Of a DNA stretch of 64,000 nucleotides, positions 19,040-27,522 are shown in pieces. The notes beneath the pieces were generated by a model. It was not told the origin of the DNA. It worked only from the letters and a program-made list of their open reading frames with translations, and searched no databases. Origin of the DNA: a virus; IMG/VR virus record IMGVR_UViG_3300032272_000002, positions 105,743 through 169,742 of that record, one strand, 5' to 3'. Both the position numbers and the translations under genes were made by a program. Position 1 is the stretch's first letter; each line of letters begins with the position of its first letter.

Positions 19040-20195
19040 CTAAGAAGTTGTCCACGGCATGGTGGCCGGGATTTAGTGTTTTTTCGTACATGTCTGCCAG
19101 CTTAAGTAATAGTCGCTGATCTAAGATCAGCCTCCTGGCTGCATCGTACTGCTTCATAGCAATGGTGACAGGTTCGCCTTTCTCGTCAACCGCAAACTCG
19201 CCAGTATCGATATCGACAGTCGGCAGTAAAACTTGCTTACCGCCCCGGCCACCAAATCTTAAGACGCCAAGACCAAGACAGCGAGATACTAGTTCACGCT
19301 CACGGAAAATTCCATTCTTGAGAAGAATATGGAACTCACCTTCGTTACCGTCAGGAGCCAGCTTGTTTTTGACAATCTTATATCTGATAATGACACCAAC
19401 CTTTTCGCCATCAGTGTCTTTGATTACATCATCTTTACGCGGCTTGTTGAGCTGAATACGTTGTGAAGCATAGTACTTCATTGCCAGTCCACCAGGCGTA
19501 TCATTCGGGTCGCCGTACATCGTAATCTTCTGACGAATTTGATTGACAAAAATGAGAGCCACCTTGTTGTCCTCGGCGTCTGCCACGAGCTTACGCATGG
19601 CATCAGACATGAGCTTCGCCAGGTTACCAACCTTTGCCGTGCCAATCTCTCCAGACAATACGGCCTCGGGTTGGGCGGCATCAATCGAGTCAAGAGCTGC
19701 TACACCATTCGGAACCATCTGTGCAAACCGACGCATAGCCTCAAGCCCTTGTTCGCCAGTGCGAGCATTCACAATCCAGAGAGGACATGCGGAATGAGGC
19801 TCAGGCTTACCCGCTGCTTTGGCTTTCATATTCTCAACCGCCTCTTCCAAGAATGGACGAAGAGGGCGGACAGTACGCATCAAAGAAAGGTTAAGGTTCT
19901 TTTCCATATTAACATATAGACAAGTCTTGCCTCTGATTAATGCTTGACCAATAATCTCCAGAATCAAAGTGGTCTTGCAGGTTCCTTCTGCTCCAAATAC
20001 TTCTGTGATACGCCCCTCCGCAAAGGGAGTGACGAGATCATAGTCGAGATTATAGGAACCGCAGTAATTAGGTAGGGGATCTTCGATGTCACCCGCCGAC
20101 ATCACCCGCACTCCATCCTGTTCCATCTCCTGCTTGAAGAACTTAAAATCTGCCACTACCGGCTCATCATCTGTCTTTTTCTTACGCTTGGCCAT
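19017..20195 (-). CDS. recA: RecA/UvsX recombinase
   Basis: GRITEVFGAEGTCKTT, LDSIDA, AKLMSDAMRKL, IFVNQIRQKI, TPGG.AMKYYAS.R and VKNKLAP. Confidence 0.93.
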   Translation of the reverse strand: MAKRKKKTDDEPVVADFKFFKQEMEQDGVRVMSAGDIEDPLPNYCGSYNLDYDLVTPFAEGRITEVFGAEGTCKTTLILEIIGQALIRGKTCLYVNMEKNLNLSLMRTVRPLRPFLEEAVENMKAKAAGKPEPHSACPLWIVNARTGEQGLEAMRRFAQMVPNGVAALDSIDAAQPEAVLSGEIGTAKVGNLAKLMSDAMRKLVADAEDNKVALIFVNQIRQKITMYGDPNDTPGGLAMKYYASQRIQLNKPRKDDVIKDTDGEKVGVIIRYKIVKNKLAPDGNEGEFHILLKNGIFRERELVSRCLGLGVLRFGGRGGKQVLLPTVDIDTGEFAVDEKGEPVTIAMKQYDAARRLILDQRLLLKLADMYEKTLNPGHHAVDNFLDEISDPE

Positions 20196-20622
20196 TTTCT
20201 AACTCCTTCAAAAAATCTACTAGGCTCTTGGGTTTCTGTGTCTTGTACCCAGCTACATCGACACCAGTGGTTTGCAATGATTTACGACGCTCGTCATACA
20301 TCCTGACCAAATCATCAAGGTCGTGGCGACGTAGGAGCTTCTTCGCCACGACCGCCATCTTCCCGAACTCCATCCCTCGGATGGTCACGGGGCGGCATTT
20401 ATAAATATAAAATGCCAATTGGTCGGCATCAATCTCAAAGTCCCGCATCAGCTTCTTGATACACGCCACCATCTGGCCCCACTCTCGCCCCGTAGCTTTT
20501 CCCTTCCAGGGATGATCTCCTAGCTGTAGGTTCTTATTTAGCCAGATGAGTTCAGTGAGCATATTTGCAGCGTCATGCAGAACTCCCGAGGAAGTGATAG
20601 AAGGATATAACATCTCATCCAT
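20182..20622 (-). CDS. hypothetical protein
   Basis: Coupled to both neighbours; start estimated at 20622 behind a GGGAG Shine-Dalgarno. Confidence 0.7.
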   Translation of the reverse strand: MDEMLYPSITSSGVLHDAANMLTELIWLNKNLQLGDHPWKGKATGREWGQMVACIKKLMRDFEIDADQLAFYIYKCRPVTIRGMEFGKMAVVAKKLLRRHDLDDLVRMYDERRKSLQTTGVDVAGYKTQKPKSLVDFLKELENGQA

Positions 20623-21061
20623 TGTGTTCGTCTCCCTTGTTAATGATGGCGGCCTGGTCCTCAGGATCGAACTCGCGGACTTCCTGGTTGATGTTCCCAT
20701 TGTCGTCAACCCAGATGATGGTTACTTCTTCGTCTTTAATAAAACCAATGCCTCGCCAAAAGGTTTCACCTATTGCACCGCCGAACCACGCTCCCATCTT
20801 AGAACTCTGCCAGTAACCATCGATCTGTACTCGGCCATCGTCTGCCTTATAAGCGAGGAGCTTGACGAACTTGCCGTAGGCTTCTAATCGTAGATTGGTG
20901 ATCTGTAAATTATGAATCTCTACATAATCCTGCAATCTTCGCCAGGCTGGCTTGAGCTTGGGGGTCTTGTCTTCGAATACTGTGCTGCCATCGGACAAAG
21001 AGGCGATCCAGCGGTTGCCCTTAAGGACGTGTGGGTGTCTTGAATTAAATGCTAAAGTCAT
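20615..21061 (-). CDS. hypothetical protein (first gene of the replication block)
   Basis: Coherent 148-aa ORF following the intergenic region. Confidence 0.75.
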   Translation of the reverse strand: MTLAFNSRHPHVLKGNRWIASLSDGSTVFEDKTPKLKPAWRRLQDYVEIHNLQITNLRLEAYGKFVKLLAYKADDGRVQIDGYWQSSKMGAWFGGAIGETFWRGIGFIKDEEVTIIWVDDNGNINQEVREFDPEDQAAIINKGDEHNG

Positions 21062-21085
21062 GGCGTTCTACAGTGTGACGGTAGA

Positions 21086-21113
21086 ATGGTGTCATGACAG
21101 GGCCTCGTGTCAA
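21086..21113 (-). promoter_or_regulatory. possible host sigma-70-type promoter for the replication block
   Basis: Perfect TTGACA (21113-21108), 16-nt spacer, TG-n-CACCAT weak extended -10; perfect palindrome TGTCATGACA at 21090-21099. Confidence 0.3.
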
Positions 21114-21115
21114 AC

Positions 21116-21149
21116 AAAAAGGGCGACATTCTTTGACAGAACATCGCCC
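21116..21149 (-). terminator. Rho-independent terminator ending the virion module
   Basis: Minus strand GGGCGATGTTCT-gtcaa-AGAATGTCGCCC (12-bp stem, 2 G:U) followed by TTTTTGTTT. Confidence 0.85.
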
Positions 21150-21170
21150 CTTATTTTCTAATAAATCGGC

Positions 21171-21845
21171 TTACAGGAACTCAAGCTGGAGATAGTAGGC
21201 AAAGTTAATCTTACGCCCCGCCGCACCAGGAGTAGCACTGAGGATTAAGTGATAATCGTGTACGTGTGCTTCGGCAGCTTGGTCATCCAGTGCTAACTCG
21301 GCACCGCCGCTTGAAATTTCTGACCACGCAGTATTGCCAGTAAAGTTTTCAGTGTCCGCAAGCTGAGCGGCCTGTACTGTAATGCCTGTCGCAAGATCCG
21401 ACACATCGAGCACGTTGTTGTTGGCGTCCAGATTAATAGCACGTAATACAGCCTGCTGGGTAATAACCGCAGTGCCATTGGGCTCTGTGAATCGTGCAAG
21501 TAGTGTGCCAGACTCAGAAGGAATGTTTTCTAGACCAGCAGAAAACGCAACGCCAGATACCTCTGCTAGAGCGGCACCCGTGAACTTTACGTTAATAAAC
21601 GTCCCTAGGTCAGTGCCAAGCTCATCGGTACGGTGACTACGGTCTTGATATTGACCAACAATTACTGGACTACTGGGAGCACCATTTGCACCGAAGAACC
21701 CAAGGCGGTTCGGCGTACCAGCGGCGGCGGCACTGTGAAGGTTTACGATCTCAAGAACCGGAGTAGCACGGCCTCGGCCATATAGGGAGGCAATCGTGTC
21801 ACCAACGGCTCCAGAGCCCGAGAAGAATCTAATTCCACTAACCAT
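21171..21845 (-). CDS. putative virion structural protein
   Basis: G/A/S/T-rich beta-type composition, own candidate late promoter, located at the end of the tail module. Confidence 0.65.
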   Translation of the reverse strand: MVSGIRFFSGSGAVGDTIASLYGRGRATPVLEIVNLHSAAAAGTPNRLGFFGANGAPSSPVIVGQYQDRSHRTDELGTDLGTFINVKFTGAALAEVSGVAFSAGLENIPSESGTLLARFTEPNGTAVITQQAVLRAINLDANNNVLDVSDLATGITVQAAQLADTENFTGNTAWSEISSGGAELALDDQAAEAHVHDYHLILSATPGAAGRKINFAYYLQLEFL

Positions 21846-21930
21846 TATATTTTATTCCTTTTGAAGGAGGAGCTATCCGAGGAATACTACTCAATTCTAG
21901 CTATGGCTGAAATACCAACGCTCTAAAAAG

Positions 21931-21938
21931 TACACTAA
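21931..21938 (-). promoter_or_regulatory. TTAGTGTA candidate late promoter (copy 1)
   Basis: TTAGTG-TACTTT; its TAG is also the stop codon of 21935..24175. Confidence 0.7.
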
Positions 21939-24175
21939 TCAATATCGTGGAGGATACCCTCCCATGGGAATTCCTCAGGGACACCACCGAATGGAATAGA
22001 GGGGGCAGAATGATTTCTGAATCTAGTGCCCTCTACAGCCTCCCAGAAGCTACCTCTCTCGATAATGCGGAAGAGCCACATGTCATCATCGGCTTGAAAG
22101 AACATCCATACACCATCTCTAACATGAGTCGAACCAGTCACTTCAAAGATTTGATGAATAATAACCCTGGACGGTGCGATCTGTAGGAACTTTTCTAGAC
22201 GTGTTGGTTTCGCAGAGTCATGGGTGAATTCACCAGCTTCGTCAGCAGGAGCAGATGGTTCAACACTGATGCTCCATACGCCGATACCGCTTGATGATCC
22301 AGCCCCACCAGTCAATGATAGTAACGGATCTCCCGTTTGAATATTTCCACCGATAGTATACAAAAGCTGTGAACCGTCCCAGTGGCGGCGACGAGCAATA
22401 GCCGGGCCGCTTCCTAAGAAGGTGCCCGTATGAGTATAGCTGCTATTGAATCTATCGATAGTACCATTTTCATTCCATACGTAAATACTACTGCCGTCGT
22501 ATACGCACCCATCAATCCGTGAATAGGCGACCAGATCAGCGTCTTCGCCAATCATGACAAAATTAGCTTCCGTCTCGGCGGCATGGTCTAGTGTTGTTTT
22601 ATTATATCTCTGAAAAAAGACAGAACGATCAAATTCGTCTAACGCATCGTCTGCATCAGGCGTCAATACGGCTCGGAAAATTTGACTGACACGCACAAAC
22701 TGTCCACCAATATCCATAAGTCCCAAATGATAACCGAACGCACCTGGCTGTGGCGGAATCGGACGATACCCAGTGGCCGATGGGCCAGTAGAAGCAATAG
22801 TTAATTCAGCAGGACGATACCATACTGGAGTTCCTGTGTATGGAGAGATCGGATATAAGCCACGCGATAAGACTGTGCCTGGCGGGCTAGATTCACCACT
22901 GCCATGAGGGCCCGTAGTCCAAATGGCGTCGTTCATAACATGAATACCCAACGCAGAGTTTTGATCTAACTCGAAAGCATCTCCACCTGAGTTGCCCCTA
23001 TCAACAAGCTGTTGCCCATCAATTAAATTTGAATTAATGGCGGGAGACAAGTCCGGAGTACCAGACAGCTTACGCACCTGTCCTTGTGGGAACAGGCTAA
23101 CGAAACCAGACGGGATCGCAGTAGTCGGCACGTTAGCTTTTGTGTTATGAACTAATAGGCGGTATAGACCACTTGATTGGACGGTCGGAGTACGGTAGCA
23201 TCTGGCTGAACTGTCATTCCTGCCAACACCATCACGAACAGCTCGTAAGCCTTGGACGTGATTTGTATAATCATTAGTAAACGTTACGGTCTGCTCAAAG
23301 TTACTATCATTGCCTTTGACTAGCTCCATAGTAGTTTCGGGAAGTAGGCAATAACCATCAATCTGTACTACGCCAGATTCTAGGGCGGCAAAATTTGTTT
23401 GTAATCTAAACGAACCCGTCACGGTATCTGACTCGTAACGTGAAGCTAATACGCTTGGGATTGCACCGAGAGTAGTTTGTACAACTGGATACACGGGGCC
23501 AAATCTAAACCTAAGGCCATCAGTTGTGCCAGTGAAATTATTTCCAAAGCGAGGGAATGGAAAAGGATTGAACACTACTTCGCCACAGTCGATATCATAA
23601 ATTACGCCAGAGCCACCCAACCAATGGTCATCTGTTGTGGTGATAAAGTCCCCACCAGTCACATCTTCTAGGGGCGGATGTAAAAAATTGGCCGCGATCA
23701 GGCTAAAGATCTGTAGCGGGAAAAAGGGTTGAGCAATAACGTATCCGCCACTAGGGCTTTCGGGGTATGCCGTTTGTAACCAGGCGATCTTAAAGTCAAT
23801 TTCTCCATATTGGGAGTCGTCCGCATAGAGATCAAACAGGAAGGTGTCAAACTGGAAACGTAACTGTTCAATATTATCGATTGACTCTAACGAATGAACA
23901 TTACCAACATGCCCTTCAAGCGTATCTCCATTAGCCTTGGGCTCAAAGCCAGACGATGGAATATCAGGATGAGTATAAAGCTGATACGTAAGAAAATCTA
24001 GTTGTTCAAAATTCCACTTACGTAACTCGGCATTGTAGACGAACATAGCCTGCTCAATAGTGACACCGGACATACCGATGTTAGGCGTATTAACACCAGG
24101 CCATGCACCCTTGGGAGCACGGATGGGTAACGGGGCGTCAAATTCGTAGGGCATTTGCCCCGATGCAACTACCAT
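21935..24175 (-). CDS. putative tail-tip protein
   Basis: 746 aa, beta-rich, downstream of tape measure and hub-like genes. Confidence 0.65.
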   Translation of the reverse strand: MVVASGQMPYEFDAPLPIRAPKGAWPGVNTPNIGMSGVTIEQAMFVYNAELRKWNFEQLDFLTYQLYTHPDIPSSGFEPKANGDTLEGHVGNVHSLESIDNIEQLRFQFDTFLFDLYADDSQYGEIDFKIAWLQTAYPESPSGGYVIAQPFFPLQIFSLIAANFLHPPLEDVTGGDFITTTDDHWLGGSGVIYDIDCGEVVFNPFPFPRFGNNFTGTTDGLRFRFGPVYPVVQTTLGAIPSVLASRYESDTVTGSFRLQTNFAALESGVVQIDGYCLLPETTMELVKGNDSNFEQTVTFTNDYTNHVQGLRAVRDGVGRNDSSARCYRTPTVQSSGLYRLLVHNTKANVPTTAIPSGFVSLFPQGQVRKLSGTPDLSPAINSNLIDGQQLVDRGNSGGDAFELDQNSALGIHVMNDAIWTTGPHGSGESSPPGTVLSRGLYPISPYTGTPVWYRPAELTIASTGPSATGYRPIPPQPGAFGYHLGLMDIGGQFVRVSQIFRAVLTPDADDALDEFDRSVFFQRYNKTTLDHAAETEANFVMIGEDADLVAYSRIDGCVYDGSSIYVWNENGTIDRFNSSYTHTGTFLGSGPAIARRRHWDGSQLLYTIGGNIQTGDPLLSLTGGAGSSSGIGVWSISVEPSAPADEAGEFTHDSAKPTRLEKFLQIAPSRVIIHQIFEVTGSTHVRDGVWMFFQADDDMWLFRIIERGSFWEAVEGTRFRNHSAPSIPFGGVPEEFPWEGILHDID

Positions 24176-27100
24176 TATCCGAATCTCCGCTTAGCAGGTC
24201 TTACGATCTCGACAAAGCTTACAACATTTGTCTTTCCAAAACCACCACTCGGCGTAGTAGTAGACGTTGATAGGTAACCTCGATCACCCGAAGCGGCTAG
24301 TTCTGGGAATGGAATAGGAACAACATTTGAGAACGTCTGGCCTGATGCAATTGAAAACGAGCCATCTGCATTCAGGCCCAATTCTTTGCAAAATGCTCTG
24401 GCGGTGGCTTCACCAACATTGGACGAGATGGAAACAATCTCTACAGCAGTTACGCCAGCGGCATCTTGAATAGTACCATTCATAAAAATAGTACCATTAG
24501 ATGCACCGGGAGACACGGGAGCATCTCCCTGTGACACAATAGTAGTCTTATCGCCAATTTGAACACTGCCATTCAATACTTCAATGCCGAAGATAGCACG
24601 CTCTGTACCGGCGGCGAGAGCAGACGGATCAACAATCGTCACGTCGTACAGGTTGGAGTCAGCCACGTTAGTACGCTGCACTTCGACAATCGTGCCATTG
24701 GCAAACGCTCGTCCTTGTGTGAAGTAACGCTGAATAGAGTTGCCGCCGGGTAGCTCAAAGTCATCGGTATGATATAAGGCTTCATCTGCTAAGTTTAGGA
24801 AGCCATCAATACAGATAGCACCATCTTGGAAGTCTTGCTGTCCACCGCCAAACCCAAATGATTTAGACGGCTTCAGGTATTGGTGTTGATCTCTACCGCG
24901 ATAACGCTCATCTTCTTCTGTGCCAGGAGTACTAGCGAGAGAAAAGACATTGTTTACTTCAACAATCGTAACGCGAACGGCTCGCTCTTCAGAGTCAAAG
25001 AAGGGCGGCGGTACAAACGAATCACCCGGTACGCTTGGGCTCGACGCAGGCGGCGGATTCTGATTCAAGAGCTGAAGATCAGTAAAGTCAATTGGGTTAA
25101 TAATGCCATTCAGAATAGCACGGACACGCTCTCCGAGCGGTGCTTCTTTTCCAAATTGCGGAAAGTAGCTTTGAATCTTGTAACGGGTAGAGAATCCTGT
25201 CTGACCGAAGCTAATGTTAAGCTCACTGACGCCATGGCTAATCTCGCCGTATTCACCTGAAGTGCCAATACCCTGATCGGCAAACGCATCAAACGACAAG
25301 AGTGGCAAGCCTACTTGCTGAAAGTCGCCATAGCGAGAGAAGCTCTTCGGTACAATCTTGCCTTCGATACGACGCACCGCACGATCAGTCATGATTTGAA
25401 GAGACGTTTGGTTACCATCGGGAGAGAACGCCCACGGCACAAATTGGTCATCAAGCTGTACGTCTTCATCTCGCTCGTAATGGAAGTCTCCCAAGACCCA
25501 CTGACTTGGATACGTCTGACCATAACGCGAACGAGCCTGAACAGGAATAGCCACGCCAGAAAGAGAATCGTAAACATTCAGGATCTTGGCCGGGTCTAAA
25601 ATATCAATCAGACCGGAGCTGCTCAGTTTTGAATTCGTCGTAAGCAGAGTGGCCAAGCTAGAAATCGTATTGTCTCGAACCAGCCCACCAGACGGACCAG
25701 CATTAATTGGCAACTGACACCATAGGGTGCCCTCTGGAAATGCCTCAAAACTGTACAGGTCATCACTACGTGGGTTAATGACTCGCTGACCGACAATCGT
25801 CAAACTGATAGGAATGTAATGCTTACCATCACCAGTCGGGTTGAATGCTGGTGCGTCCTCAGTCCAATTGCCAAAGCTGGCTGGAACATCGTCGCCCTGC
25901 GGGCCATAAATAGTATCTGCTGGTAATACGCAGTGTGCTGCCACGCGGAAGTCATCCGTCACAAAGGGGCTGATAGGACCAAGCCCTCTATTGATCTCAT
26001 AATCTTCTACAAATACGCCACTAGACGCCAACGTGCCAGACGCACTGAGCGTGTAACCCTGAACCTGATTCTCAACGTTGCCCCAGGCCCCTCCTACAAG
26101 ACGATAAAAGCCAGACGCCTCGTTGAAGAGAATCCCCTCAGCGACATAAGATCTGCCATAATGACGAGAAGCATGATTTCTAATACGATTGTAGAATGAT
26201 AAGGTCCAGTTGTTATTCTCATCTCTTCGATTGCTAATAACACGAAGACCAGAACCTTCGTTACCTGTCGCCAAACCGGCCAACGGCATGATGGGATCGA
26301 GACGACTCTGGAACGTTGGGTGCTGAGCGGCTGTCGCTCCTGGGTCGCCCGTCAATCCAAATCCGGGAGGATCATCAGTCGTAGCAGTAGTCTGATATCT
26401 TTTAAAGTAACTCCACGTCTCAATGCCAGCAAGAGCAAACTGTAGCTCCTTCTCAGACGGGATGTACGTACGATAGAAACCATCGGCATCATAGAAGCCA
26501 ATTGAAAGCTGATCCCAGATCTTAGTAAAGACTACGTTGTTATCAAGGCTTGAGGTGTCTAGTCCATCGATTGGACTGATAATATCAGAGTTGATAAAAC
26601 CCTCTTGGTGCCCGCCCAGCACTCTAAAGCGAGTGGGGTCCGACACAACGTCCTGGCCAAAGCCAATCTGCTTCGTCTCGTTCAGGCCGCTCGCACTGCC
26701 AAACTGAGAGACCAAATCTAGGATGTCCGATTCCTCTAGCTCGAACGGCACCTTCTTGTTGATGATGTTGACACGCTGGTTGTCCATGCCCCAGTACCAA
26801 TCATAGCCGGTGTCCTGCAATACCCTGGTCAGGGTTTCATCTAGCTGGCTTAGGTTAAACTGGAAGCGAATCGCATCTACTGTACCATTGATATTCTGTT
26901 CGATCTGAGCAACAGAAGGTAGGATAGAAATCGGCACCGCACAACGACCCTCGTTAAAAGCAAGGTCGATGGCCGAGAGAACCTGGGCATACGTGCAGCC
27001 GAACTGCAAGATTCGCTCGTACTCTTTGATGAGTGGATCAGACGGGTCACCATTGATGTCGGTCAATCCATTTACCTTGCGATAGGCTCGGGCTACAGAG

Positions 27101-27522
27101 ATCACGCCGCTTGGCACGTCCTCTCCTAAGTCTTCGGTGTGGACCTTAACACGACGAAGGCTCTTTCTCTCGTCCTCGACGGTGACTTTAACTACTGTGC
27201 CATTAATACTTGACGTATAGTCTGCATGGGTAATGACGCCACGAACTAGGAAGTCGCCAATAAATACCTCTAACGAATGGCCGATACGTGGTAGTTGTCC
27301 AGAGGCACCGTGGAATTCGCACGCCTCTCCGCATGGTACCCATTCTGTGTTGAAGGAGTGGGGAGTTAGATTAAAACCAAATGTAGAGTTGACAGACGAC
27401 AAGAACGCACAGAGTTGCGATGCGGGTTGCCCTGGGGCAAACTGTCCGGAAGGCCACTCGATACCATTCAGCGGGGCTCCAACGCCGCTAACAACAATGC
27501 CGTCGCTTACTACAATATTCAT
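24175..27522 (-). CDS. putative tail hub / baseplate-like protein
   Basis: 1115 aa; position in the tail module; N-terminal VKVTVED.R hub-like strand pattern. Confidence 0.6.
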   Translation of the reverse strand: MNIVVSDGIVVSGVGAPLNGIEWPSGQFAPGQPASQLCAFLSSVNSTFGFNLTPHSFNTEWVPCGEACEFHGASGQLPRIGHSLEVFIGDFLVRGVITHADYTSSINGTVVKVTVEDERKSLRRVKVHTEDLGEDVPSGVISVARAYRKVNGLTDINGDPSDPLIKEYERILQFGCTYAQVLSAIDLAFNEGRCAVPISILPSVAQIEQNINGTVDAIRFQFNLSQLDETLTRVLQDTGYDWYWGMDNQRVNIINKKVPFELEESDILDLVSQFGSASGLNETKQIGFGQDVVSDPTRFRVLGGHQEGFINSDIISPIDGLDTSSLDNNVVFTKIWDQLSIGFYDADGFYRTYIPSEKELQFALAGIETWSYFKRYQTTATTDDPPGFGLTGDPGATAAQHPTFQSRLDPIMPLAGLATGNEGSGLRVISNRRDENNNWTLSFYNRIRNHASRHYGRSYVAEGILFNEASGFYRLVGGAWGNVENQVQGYTLSASGTLASSGVFVEDYEINRGLGPISPFVTDDFRVAAHCVLPADTIYGPQGDDVPASFGNWTEDAPAFNPTGDGKHYIPISLTIVGQRVINPRSDDLYSFEAFPEGTLWCQLPINAGPSGGLVRDNTISSLATLLTTNSKLSSSGLIDILDPAKILNVYDSLSGVAIPVQARSRYGQTYPSQWVLGDFHYERDEDVQLDDQFVPWAFSPDGNQTSLQIMTDRAVRRIEGKIVPKSFSRYGDFQQVGLPLLSFDAFADQGIGTSGEYGEISHGVSELNISFGQTGFSTRYKIQSYFPQFGKEAPLGERVRAILNGIINPIDFTDLQLLNQNPPPASSPSVPGDSFVPPPFFDSEERAVRVTIVEVNNVFSLASTPGTEEDERYRGRDQHQYLKPSKSFGFGGGQQDFQDGAICIDGFLNLADEALYHTDDFELPGGNSIQRYFTQGRAFANGTIVEVQRTNVADSNLYDVTIVDPSALAAGTERAIFGIEVLNGSVQIGDKTTIVSQGDAPVSPGASNGTIFMNGTIQDAAGVTAVEIVSISSNVGEATARAFCKELGLNADGSFSIASGQTFSNVVPIPFPELAASGDRGYLSTSTTTPSGGFGKTNVVSFVEIVRPAKRRFG

